IMG/VR virus record: IMGVR_UViG_3300048631_000054
Coordinates: 1 to 31,351 of that record
Direction: 5' to 3' (one strand)
Source: a virus
Lineage: Duplodnaviria; Caudoviricetes
Length of the DNA: 31,351 nt
How positions within the stretch are numbered: the first letter of the stretch is position 1; the number at the start of each line of letters is the position of its first letter. This document shows, one piece after another, positions 1 through 8,330 of this stretch. Under the pieces are notes generated by a model. That model ran no database searches. It saw only the letters and a list, made by a program, of their open reading frames with translations, and was not told the DNA's origin. Made by a program: the position numbers and the translations under genes.

Positions 1-142
1 TACAGGGTTAGTTGCAGTTAGCGCTAGTAATGTTATAAGCACTACTGCTAATAACTATACCCACCCTAACCACTCAGGAGATGTAGTTTCCGCAGCAGAC
101 GGAGCAATGACTATTCAAGTGGATGCCGTGGATATTGCTATG
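1..142. repeat. Terminal direct repeat, copy 1 (matches 31210..31351)
   Basis: 141/142 identical to the last 142 bases; single difference C127 vs G31336 (GCC/GCG, both Ala). Confidence 0.97.
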
Positions 143-1012
143 CTATCTGCATCAGGTACCGCCTCAAGTTCTACTTATCTCAGAGGCGATAATTCTTGGC
201 AGGCTATTTCTACAGACCCTACAATGGGCGGAGATTTAAGTGGTTCAGCTTCTAATGCTCAAATTGTTAGTAACACAGTAGGTGCTAGTGAAATAAATGT
301 AAGTGGTAATGGAACGTCCGGTCAACTACTAACATCAGATGGTGATGGTACGATGTCTTGGACTACTGCCGGAGGAGGAGGTGTTGAAAGTGGGACAGTA
401 ATGGTCTTCCATCAAGCAGCCGCTCCTACAGATTGGACTCAGGTTACTACGCAGAATAATAAAGCATTAAGGGTTGTCAGTGGCTCAGGTGGTGGAGCAG
501 GAGGTACTCATGATTTAACCGCTCCTCCTAGTACTAGTCACTCACATTCTTTTAGTGATTCAAGCTCAACTACCTCAAATTCAGGCTCTCACTCTCATAC
601 AGGACCTTCACATACACATAGTACACCGAATCATTCTCACTCGCATAACTTAAGTGCAGGTAGTCATACGCTGAGTAACGCTCAGATGCCTAGCCATGGT
701 CATTACAGTGCGGTGGGTAACTCAGGTGGTTATGATTATGGAGCTAATATATATTCTGCCTCTATATCTAATAACGGACGTGCTGGTAGGTTTAATACAA
801 GTAATTCAGGAAGTAGTAGCTCTCATAGTCATAATTTATCCGGCAGTATTAATAACAGCGGTGCTTCTAATACAGGTTCAGGCGGAACAGGTAATACAAG
901 TAACACAGGTTCACATAGTCATACTGTAGCTGTATCGGGTACATCAGGTTCTGCAGGCGCCACTCAGTTTAAGCCTAAGTACATTGATGTTATTATATGT
1001 AGTAAAGACTAA
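2..1012 (+). CDS. Tail fibre protein, C-terminal part (continues in frame from 30926 across the junction; about 431 aa if ends are joined)
   Basis: Frame is open from base 2. TYLRGD and GQLLTSDGDG..SW fibre motifs, collar-like SGTVMVFHQAAAPTDW, repeated HxH motifs, terminal PKYIDVIICSKD. Confidence 0.88.
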   Translation, partial: TGLVAVSASNVISTTANNYTHPNHSGDVVSAADGAMTIQVDAVDIAMLSASGTASSSTYLRGDNSWQAISTDPTMGGDLSGSASNAQIVSNTVGASEINVSGNGTSGQLLTSDGDGTMSWTTAGGGGVESGTVMVFHQAAAPTDWTQVTTQNNKALRVVSGSGGGAGGTHDLTAPPSTSHSHSFSDSSSTTSNSGSHSHTGPSHTHSTPNHSHSHNLSAGSHTLSNAQMPSHGHYSAVGNSGGYDYGANIYSASISNNGRAGRFNTSNSGSSSSHSHNLSGSINNSGASNTGSGGTGNTSNTGSHSHTVAVSGTSGSAGATQFKPKYIDVIICSKD

Positions 1013-1311
1013 TGGCGTTAGAGGTTGAGTTTGTTTGTCCCTTGGGATGTGAATGCGAGACAACCAGGGATAATAAGATTATAAGATGTGCTTGGTACAC
1101 TAAGATGGTTGGGCTAGACCCTAACACAGGTAAAGAAGTAGACGATTGGGCTTGTTCTATGAGTTGGATGCCTATGTTACAAGTTGAGATGTCTAACACT
1201 AACAGAGGGCAGACTAAAGCGTTAGAGAGCTTTAGAAATGAAACAGTTAAAGGTCAACGTGAGTTTAACAACATAGTTAAAAAAAGAAGTAACTTATTGG
1301 GAGAAGATTAA
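1012..1311 (+). CDS. Cys-rich hypothetical protein coupled to the fibre gene
   Basis: TAATG stop/start overlap; CPLGCEC..CAW..DDWAC..WMPML pattern that I recall next to fibre genes in aquatic phages. Confidence 0.75.
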   Translation: MALEVEFVCPLGCECETTRDNKIIRCAWYTKMVGLDPNTGKEVDDWACSMSWMPMLQVEMSNTNRGQTKALESFRNETVKGQREFNNIVKKRSNLLGED

Positions 1312-1698
1312 ATGAACGTAACAATAGTAAAAGAAGATAGGGTTGTTATGGTTGACGGTCATACATTAAACTTTGACTTTACGATGGCTGATAATATATG
1401 GGCTATTCAATGGAATGGTTCTGTAGGTGAAGTTGAATATAATGATGGTACACCTAATTTAGAATTAGATACTTTCTCAGAGTACCAATATGTAGTGGAT
1501 GCTTATACTCAAGAGAAGCAAAGATTAGAGATTGAAATAGCTCAAGCAGACTCAGATAGAATTGCTAATATGACTTATGCTGACAAACGTGCTGAAGAAT
1601 ATCCTGAAGTTGTAGACCAGTTAGATGATATTTTCCATAACGGTATTGAGGGATGGAAGGTTACTATTCAAGGAATTAAAGATAAGTACCCGAAATAG
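1312..1698 (+). CDS. Putative tail fibre assembly/chaperone-like protein
   Basis: WAIQWNG..GEVEY N-domain and YADKRAEEYP..DQLD..W...IKDKYPK C-terminus typical of fibre-adjacent proteins; position. Confidence 0.6.
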   Translation: MNVTIVKEDRVVMVDGHTLNFDFTMADNIWAIQWNGSVGEVEYNDGTPNLELDTFSEYQYVVDAYTQEKQRLEIEIAQADSDRIANMTYADKRAEEYPEVVDQLDDIFHNGIEGWKVTIQGIKDKYPK

Positions 1699-1746
1699 TA
1701 AACTAAGGATGAGCCGCTACAGCATCATAATAACCTGGACTTTAAA

Positions 1747-2319
1747 ATGAGAGATTTTATAGAGATTTATGAGAACGTATTCAGTAAAGAGTTCTGTGAG
1801 GACGCTGTTAAGTTCTTCGATAAATCTGAAGAGTTAGGATTAACCTTAAGACGCACTAATCCTGAAGCTGTAGAAGATAAACACTACTTTTTAGGTGCAT
1901 CTCCCTCAGCATCAAATGAGTTAGATTTGCAAAGGACTCCTTTAATGGAGACTTTCAACCGTGTATTCTGGGAGGTCTGTTATCCTAAGTATAAAGAGAA
2001 ATATTCCGCACTTTATAAACATGATGACCATGGTAACTTTGACATTAAGTTACAAAAGACTAAACCTTACGAAGGTTATCATGCCTGGCACTCTGAGCAG
2101 ATGACTAGAAAAGATTCTAATCGTTTATTAGTTTGGACTGTCTACCTAAATGAGGAATTTGAGGCAGGTGAAACTGAGTTTCTATATCAACAACGAAGAA
2201 TTAAACCAACGATGGGTAGTTTATGTATATTCCCTTCTTCCTTCACACATACTCATAGGGGGAATCCTCCTATAGGCGGTGATAAATATATAATAACAGG
2301 GTGGCTTGAGTACCTCTAA
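1747..2319 (+). CDS. 2OG-Fe(II) oxygenase superfamily protein
   Basis: GYHAWHSE (HxE), VYLN..GETEFLYQ, IFP..FTHTHRG (distal His), KYIITGW. Confidence 0.92.
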   Translation: MRDFIEIYENVFSKEFCEDAVKFFDKSEELGLTLRRTNPEAVEDKHYFLGASPSASNELDLQRTPLMETFNRVFWEVCYPKYKEKYSALYKHDDHGNFDIKLQKTKPYEGYHAWHSEQMTRKDSNRLLVWTVYLNEEFEAGETEFLYQQRRIKPTMGSLCIFPSSFTHTHRGNPPIGGDKYIITGWLEYL

Positions 2320-2366
2320 ATTTAAAATGACCCTATGTAATGGATTAAGCGTTAAAGGAATTATGA

Positions 2367-2603
2367 ATGGAATTATCAGATGTTGTATTAGCTTTAGTCA
2401 GTATCATTTCAACTGGCTTAATGGCATTTATGAAGTCCATAGCCAACGACCTTAAACAGATTGAAGATAGAATTACTACTTGTCAGATTGACTTGCATAA
2501 AGACTTTGTACACCGAGATGAATATGCCCACCAGATTGATAAGATTGAAAAGATGTTAGACCAGATTTATACGATACTACGTGAAAACAAAGATAAGAAG
2601 TGA
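2367..2603 (+). CDS. Small protein with N-terminal hydrophobic helix and coiled coil; holin/XhlA-like candidate
   Basis: AAGGA RBS; VVLALVSIISTGLMAF followed by heptad pattern and basic tail; first gene of a membrane-protein cluster. Confidence 0.55.
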   Translation: MELSDVVLALVSIISTGLMAFMKSIANDLKQIEDRITTCQIDLHKDFVHRDEYAHQIDKIEKMLDQIYTILRENKDKK

Positions 2604-2683
2604 CACCGATATATGAGATTGTTCTTATCGCAGATTGTTGGTTGTTCTTAGGAACTTGGTTAGCGTGTGCATAGGAGAATATT

Positions 2684-2806
2684 ATGGCTAGGAAAGGTTT
2701 GTTAATACGAGGTAAGAACGGTCAGTACATAAAGGAGTCTGTTCTTAATAAGATTAAATACTTCTGTAACTTCTTTATCACCAAGATTGAGAAGTGGTTA
2801 AAGTAA
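2684..2806 (+). CDS. 40-aa basic microprotein (not in ORF track) MARKGLLIRGKNGQYIKESVLNKIKYFCNFFITKIEKWLK
   Basis: Strong AGGAG RBS 6 nt upstream; fills the gap and overlaps the next GTG start. Confidence 0.65.
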   Translation: MARKGLLIRGKNGQYIKESVLNKIKYFCNFFITKIEKWLK

Positions 2807-3189
2807 TAAGAACATTGATATTTGTAACATCAGCTTCTTTAGTGGTGTTTGCAATTAGTTCTTTAGTAGGGTGTAGTTCACTAAAGTTTAACAACATGGT
2901 TAAGACTGGTGCTACTACTGCGGTTACTTATGTTGTAGCTGGACCTGTTCCTGCCTTAGCTAACTTAGCTGTTAGTGTAGGTGTTGATGAAGTTTTACCT
3001 GAAGAACCTAAGATAGACCAGATAGAAACTAAAGAACAATCAGCAGCATACATTGCTGACTCTTTATTTATGAACGCCTTGTATGGATTTATAGCGTTCT
3101 TGTTGATAACTAACTTAGCTGTACCTTACGTCACTAGAAGATGGGGTTACAATGAAGCTAAGAATAAGTATCATAAGAATGATGATTAA
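2794..3189 (+). CDS. Lipoprotein with C-terminal TM helix; candidate unimolecular spanin
   Basis: Signal peptide ending in lipobox LVG-C; hydrophobic ALYGFIAFLLITNLAVPYV followed by basic residues. Confidence 0.55.
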   Translation: MVKVIRTLIFVTSASLVVFAISSLVGCSSLKFNNMVKTGATTAVTYVVAGPVPALANLAVSVGVDEVLPEEPKIDQIETKEQSAAYIADSLFMNALYGFIAFLLITNLAVPYVTRRWGYNEAKNKYHKNDD

Positions 3190-3243
3190 CTTTGGAACTA
3201 ACGATAGCCCTATGTGGCTATACGTTCACCACAGGATGAAGAA

Positions 3244-3399
3244 ATGAGTAAATGTGCGTTATTGTATTTTGTAATAGGTGTAACACTGACTACTGCTTCG
3301 TATGCTTTCTTCACAGATTGGGCTAAGATGCCTATGAATATGATGCAAATGTCACAACCTCAGCCACAGCCCTTGGTATGTGATTGTAAATGTAATTGA
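3244..3399 (+). CDS. Small secreted/membrane protein (start probably ATG 3244 rather than GTG 3214)
   Basis: Signal-peptide-like MSKCALLYFVIGVTLTTASYA, Met/Gln/Pro-rich middle, CDCKC tail. Confidence 0.55.
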   Translation: MSKCALLYFVIGVTLTTASYAFFTDWAKMPMNMMQMSQPQPQPLVCDCKCN

Positions 3400-3426
3400 A
3401 TATAGGTATTAAAAATGTACTATAAT
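3396..3426 (+). promoter_or_regulatory. Possible sigma70 promoter for tail genes
   Basis: Perfect TATAAT at 3421-3426 in an AT-rich gap; TTGAAT at 3396 gives a long 19-bp spacer. Confidence 0.4.
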
Positions 3427-3446
3427 GTCAACAAACGGAGATTCCT

Positions 3447-4115
3447 ATGACCTTTAGAGAACTTATTAATGAAGTCCTAATCAGGTTGAGAGAAGACACC
3501 ATTGCTACCGATTGGTCGGGTAATATCAATGATAGTTCAACAGTAACTGACTATCAGAAGGTTATTGGCTCACTGATTAACGACTCGAAACGTAACGTAG
3601 AATCCTATCACGACTGGTTAGTCCTTCGTGAGACTAAAGAAATCACTACTGTAGATGGTACTAGAAACTACAACTTAGATTCTGGACAAGAGATTAAGCT
3701 GATTGATGTAACTAATCAAGCGACTGGTGGTAAGTTAGTTCAGGTCTCTAGACAATATATTAACTCAACTCTATATCCTACTGAGAACTCAGGTGAGCCT
3801 ATGTACTATGCTTTCAACGGTGCAGACTCAGATAGTAACCTTAAAGTAGACCTAGAACCTAAACCTAATTCAGTACAAACCTTATCTTTTGACATTGTTA
3901 AGTTCCAAGATGAGTTAACGACTGCTTCTACTAAGCTAAAGATTCCTACTAAACCAGTTGTCTTAGGTGCTTGGGCTAGAGCTGTATCAGAGCGAGGTGA
4001 AGATGGCGGTACTAATACAGGTGTAATAGCCATGGAAGTATCTGAATCTATTAATCAAGCTGTTATATTGGATAGTGGTAATGTTCAATATGAAAGTGAA
4101 TGGTATGTTAAATAA
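3447..4115 (+). CDS. Tail adaptor / tail tubular protein A-like
   Basis: MTFRELINEVLIRLRE N-terminus, W..LR and GEPMYYAF motifs, size and position before the nozzle gene. Confidence 0.75.
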   Translation: MTFRELINEVLIRLREDTIATDWSGNINDSSTVTDYQKVIGSLINDSKRNVESYHDWLVLRETKEITTVDGTRNYNLDSGQEIKLIDVTNQATGGKLVQVSRQYINSTLYPTENSGEPMYYAFNGADSDSNLKVDLEPKPNSVQTLSFDIVKFQDELTTASTKLKIPTKPVVLGAWARAVSERGEDGGTNTGVIAMEVSESINQAVILDSGNVQYESEWYVK

Positions 4116-5671
4116 TGGCTAATCAGCTTTCATACAAACCATTAGATAACATTGGTATCAATGGTCTTAATACGCAAGCTAACCCGACTACGTTAGACCC
4201 TAGTTGGTTGACTAAGGCAGATAACATTGTCCTTAGAGAGTCAGGTCGTATATCTTTCAGAAAGGGATTAAAGCAGAAAGTCTTAGCTAACACTGATGGG
4301 GCTTCTTCAGCTCCTTTAAAGATAGGAGCTATTGCAGAAGTAGGTTCAACTACCTTTGCTTCTGTTGGTACTAAGATGTACACAGTATCTTTCACTAGCC
4401 CTGATACACCATGGACTTCTTCTTTCACAGCTGGAACAGCTTCAGATTGGCAGTTTGTAAACTTTAATACTGGTTTGTATGGCTTCCAAGCAGGTAATCC
4501 TCCTATTAAATATACCTCTAGCACATGGGCTGTAACAACAACTAAACCAGCAGGTGTGACTACATTCAATCCTAGTTGTGGGATGGGTTACTATGGTAGA
4601 AACTGGGTAGGCGGTGTCGCAGAAGAGAAAGATGTGATGTACTACTCAGATACCTTACAAGGTGATAACTGGACTACAGGAGCTTTCGGCTCTATTGATT
4701 TGAAGACTGTATGGGGTACTGATGAGATTGTAGCTATCACTCCTTTCTACGGTAAGTTAGTTATCTTCGGTAAGAAGAATATTGTTATCTACACTAATCC
4801 TAGTGACCCTACAGCTATGGTCCTAGATGAAGTTGTTAGAGGTGTCGGTTGTGTATCTAGAGACTCAGTACAAGCTGTAGGTGATGACTTATTGTTCTTA
4901 TCTAATACTGGTCTCAGGTCTTTACTTAGAACTACTGAGAAAGATAAGCTTCCTTTAACTGACTTATCTGTCAACATTAAAGATACTCTGATTAGAAACA
5001 TTTCACAAAGCTCTAATGTTAAAGCTGTTTATGTCGAGAACGAAGGTGTGTTCATCCTATCATTCGTTGATTTGAACATTACCTATGTCTTTGATATGAA
5101 GCATATAACTCCAGCTCAGGCTCCTAGAGTGACTACTTGGTCGTTTGATGCAGATAGAGGACCTTCTTGTTTAGCTTACACAGATACGCAAGGTTTCTTA
5201 CTAGGGCAGCAGAAAGGTTCTATTGCTACCTACGAAGGTTACTTTGATAAGGATTACTCAGGTAGTTCTGTTCATACTTCACATTCTTATACTGGTTCAT
5301 TCGGTACAACGTGGATTGACCTAGGTGATTCAGTTGTAGCTTCTCTATTGAAGAAGATGAAGGCTATTATCAGCGGTGGTGCAGGTACTAACATTGGTGT
5401 TAAGTGGTACAAAGACTTCAGTCAAACACCTAGTAAGACACAATCATTCCAGTTGAACCCAGCTTCTACTGGTACTGTAGCTTTATTCGGGGCTTCTACT
5501 TCATTATGGGGTGACGCTAAGTACACACCTGTGTATGGTTTGAAGGAATACAACATCCCATTAACAGGTAGTGCTAAACATCTACAGATTGAGATGGCTG
5601 CTGAAACGAACGGTTATGTAGCTTCATTGCAAGATATGACTTTATTATATAAACAAGGAAAAATACGATGA
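4115..5671 (+). CDS. Tail nozzle / DNA stabilization protein (tail tubular B or P22 gp10-like)
   Basis: GLNT..A.N N-terminus, beta-rich repeats, VGCVSRDSV..GDDLLFLS.TGLRSL motif. Confidence 0.78.
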   Translation: MANQLSYKPLDNIGINGLNTQANPTTLDPSWLTKADNIVLRESGRISFRKGLKQKVLANTDGASSAPLKIGAIAEVGSTTFASVGTKMYTVSFTSPDTPWTSSFTAGTASDWQFVNFNTGLYGFQAGNPPIKYTSSTWAVTTTKPAGVTTFNPSCGMGYYGRNWVGGVAEEKDVMYYSDTLQGDNWTTGAFGSIDLKTVWGTDEIVAITPFYGKLVIFGKKNIVIYTNPSDPTAMVLDEVVRGVGCVSRDSVQAVGDDLLFLSNTGLRSLLRTTEKDKLPLTDLSVNIKDTLIRNISQSSNVKAVYVENEGVFILSFVDLNITYVFDMKHITPAQAPRVTTWSFDADRGPSCLAYTDTQGFLLGQQKGSIATYEGYFDKDYSGSSVHTSHSYTGSFGTTWIDLGDSVVASLLKKMKAIISGGAGTNIGVKWYKDFSQTPSKTQSFQLNPASTGTVALFGASTSLWGDAKYTPVYGLKEYNIPLTGSAKHLQIEMAAETNGYVASLQDMTLLYKQGKIR

Positions 5672-6354
5672 GTAACTATACTATATCAGTAAACTGGAGC
5701 GGTAAGGATGCTTTATCGGATTCAGACCCAGCTAAGGTAATCTCTGGCTCAGACTTTAACACAGAGTTTACAGCTGTACAGACGGCAGTTAATACTAAAG
5801 CTAATCTTAATGGTTCGGCTACTGAAGCTTTCTCAGTAACGACTGAATCTTCTAGCTCTAATACTACAGTAGCTGCAAGTACAGCTTATGTTACTGGAGC
5901 TATAACTACAGCAACCACAGGACACGCTACTCAATTAGCTATTATAGGAGCTATTTATCCTATTGGCTCTTTGTACACATCTACACTAGCTACAAACCCT
6001 GGTACTACATTAGGTTTAGGTACTTGGGTCGCCTTCGGTGAAGGGCAGGTGGTAGTAGGTAAGGCTTCTTCAGGTACTTTTGATACAGCAGGTGCGACTG
6101 GTGGTAGTGAGACTCATACTCTAACTACTAATGAGATGCCTTCCCATAAACATGCTAGTAATGTGAGGTTTGAGGCAGGTACTGCAGTCTTAGTTGATAA
6201 TAGTTTAGCTACAACAGTAGCTTCAGGTGACAGCTTAGACCACTTATCAAGCAATTACACTTCATCTACAGATACTAGTTCAGTAGGTGGTGGGGCAGCA
6301 CACAATAACTTACAACCATATATCGTAGTGTATATGTGGAAACGGACAGCGTAA
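5668..6354 (+). CDS. Short tail fibre/needle with collar-like C-terminal domain
   Basis: YPIGSLYTS..NP..GTW..FG.G.V.VG..TGGSETHTLT..EMPSHKH..HNNLQPYIVVYMWKRTA. Confidence 0.75.
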   Translation: MSNYTISVNWSGKDALSDSDPAKVISGSDFNTEFTAVQTAVNTKANLNGSATEAFSVTTESSSSNTTVAASTAYVTGAITTATTGHATQLAIIGAIYPIGSLYTSTLATNPGTTLGLGTWVAFGEGQVVVGKASSGTFDTAGATGGSETHTLTTNEMPSHKHASNVRFEAGTAVLVDNSLATTVASGDSLDHLSSNYTSSTDTSSVGGGAAHNNLQPYIVVYMWKRTA

Positions 6355-6379
6355 TGAAACAAATTAAAGGAGAACGATT

Positions 6380-7225
6380 ATGAGTTGGACTATGTTAGCA
6401 TCAGCTGCGATAGGAGCTTTAGGTGCAAGTAAACAGAGGAAATCAGCACGTAGAGCTGAGGAAGCAGCTGTAGAAGCGGCTGATTTAGCTTATAAGAGGT
6501 CTCTACCTTGGGACGTTAAAGGTGCTTTCGGTGAAGCTCAATACGATGAAGAAGGTAGACAGCTTGATATGAGCTTGTCTCAACCTTGGCAAAGCGAGTA
6601 CGACCTTGCTATGGCTGGGGCTGGTAGACAGCGTGAGTTCATAGAAGGAATGGAAGCAGACCCTATGGCTGCTGGACAGAAGTTCTACGAGATGCAGAAA
6701 GCTTTATATGCTCCTGAGCAAGAGAAAGATAGATTAGCTCAAGAGAATAGATTACTAGCTCAAGGTATGCTGGGTTCAACTGGCGGTGCTAGTCGTATAG
6801 AAGCTCTACGTGAAGCTCAATCTATGCAAGACTTACAAGCTCAGTACGCTGGCTTAGATAAAGCTCAAGGTATGATTGATACTTACAGAGGTAGAGCTGC
6901 TACAGATTTAGGTATGGCTGAGACTATCGGTCAGTTACCACAGAAGTATGCTGAGACTGGTAGAGGTATCGGTACTGGCTTAAGCTCTATTGCTGGAGCT
7001 GCTGGTAAGATGCAAAGTGCTGCTGCTCAAGCTAGAGCTGCTAGTCAATCTAATATCTACGGAAGTTTAGCTGGTCAGTTTAAAGGTTTAGTTAATCAAC
7101 CCTCAGCTGGAGGTTTCTTAGGTTCGGGTTCTTTCCCTACTTTCGGTACTTCAATGACCTCAGGTTCTACTGGTGGTATGTTATATGGTACATCACCGAT
7201 GGCTGGTTTTGGTCCATTAGGATAA
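6380..7225 (+). CDS. Putative DNA ejection (internal virion) protein
   Basis: AAGGAG RBS; Ala/Gly/Gln-rich helical protein with amphipathic ends; follows tail genes. Confidence 0.65.
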   Translation: MSWTMLASAAIGALGASKQRKSARRAEEAAVEAADLAYKRSLPWDVKGAFGEAQYDEEGRQLDMSLSQPWQSEYDLAMAGAGRQREFIEGMEADPMAAGQKFYEMQKALYAPEQEKDRLAQENRLLAQGMLGSTGGASRIEALREAQSMQDLQAQYAGLDKAQGMIDTYRGRAATDLGMAETIGQLPQKYAETGRGIGTGLSSIAGAAGKMQSAAAQARAASQSNIYGSLAGQFKGLVNQPSAGGFLGSGSFPTFGTSMTSGSTGGMLYGTSPMAGFGPLG

Positions 7226-7235
7226 GGAGATAAAG

Positions 7236-8330
7236 ATGGCATTTACATCAGAAGGAATGTTCTACTTAGGTAAAGAAGACCTAGCACCTACAATAGGTAT
7301 GGTCGGTACAGGCGTACGAGGTATGCTTGGGATGCAGAACGAAGAAGAAGCGGTTAAAGCTTTAATGGCTAGCTCTGATTTAGAGAGTTCAGAAGGAAGA
7401 CAGAGTTTCTTAAATCAGTTACAAGGTATCAGTCCAGATGCTCATAAAGAGTTCAGTAAACAATTCCAAGAATACGATGTAGAATCATTGAAAGGTAAAG
7501 CTTATGCTCAACAGGTAGATATCCAGCATAAATCTCTTCAGATGAAACTAGAGGACAGGGAAGCTGCTAAACGTATTCCTCAACTAAAGTCTAACTACAA
7601 GTTCAATGAAGAAGCTAAAGATATTAAATACTTCTTAACAGGTTTGTATCCTGAAGATGAGAAAGGTATCGCTGGGATAGATAGTATTCAAAAAGCTAAG
7701 CAGTATCTATCTACTGCTAATAAAGCAGCAGGGCATACTAAGGGTCTGAACCACGATGTCTTAGCAAACACTATCAAGTTTAAGAGAGATAGTTACGTAA
7801 ACCAGAATAAGTACAACCCTATTGAGAAGAGAGCTACGTTGACTACAGCAGGACAGGATGTATTTAATTTACCTGCTAGGCAAGGTACTCCTAATGCTCC
7901 TGTAGCTACTGGTCATGTAGTTACTCCTGATAATAGTCAGTTTATTCCTTTAGGTACTCAAGAGACACCAGGGATTACTCAAGTTGACCCAGAAGCTAGT
8001 GCTTTAGATAAAGTTCTAAACCCTCCTATAGCTCAAGCAGCTGAGGATTTAAAAGGTATCCTAAGTAATACTTTCTCTACTATTGATGTACAAGGTTCAG
8101 ATAAATCTGAGTACGATATGACTAAGACTGAGCGTTCTAAAGAGAATAAATTAGATGCTTTAAGAGATTTCTTAGGGAACGGTAGTATCCTAACATCTTC
8201 TGCTCATCAACACTTCTCGAAGAATCCTAAAGAGTTAGTGCAGTTTAATAAGAACCCTATGATGTGGTTTATGAAGAATGTCAGCCCTAAGGGTTATGAC
8301 TACAGTGAATACAATTTATTAGGTAACTAA
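7236..8330 (+). CDS. Putative internal virion protein
   Basis: AAGGAG RBS; helical composition; lies between ejection-type genes. Confidence 0.55.
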   Translation: MAFTSEGMFYLGKEDLAPTIGMVGTGVRGMLGMQNEEEAVKALMASSDLESSEGRQSFLNQLQGISPDAHKEFSKQFQEYDVESLKGKAYAQQVDIQHKSLQMKLEDREAAKRIPQLKSNYKFNEEAKDIKYFLTGLYPEDEKGIAGIDSIQKAKQYLSTANKAAGHTKGLNHDVLANTIKFKRDSYVNQNKYNPIEKRATLTTAGQDVFNLPARQGTPNAPVATGHVVTPDNSQFIPLGTQETPGITQVDPEASALDKVLNPPIAQAAEDLKGILSNTFSTIDVQGSDKSEYDMTKTERSKENKLDALRDFLGNGSILTSSAHQHFSKNPKELVQFNKNPMMWFMKNVSPKGYDYSEYNLLGN

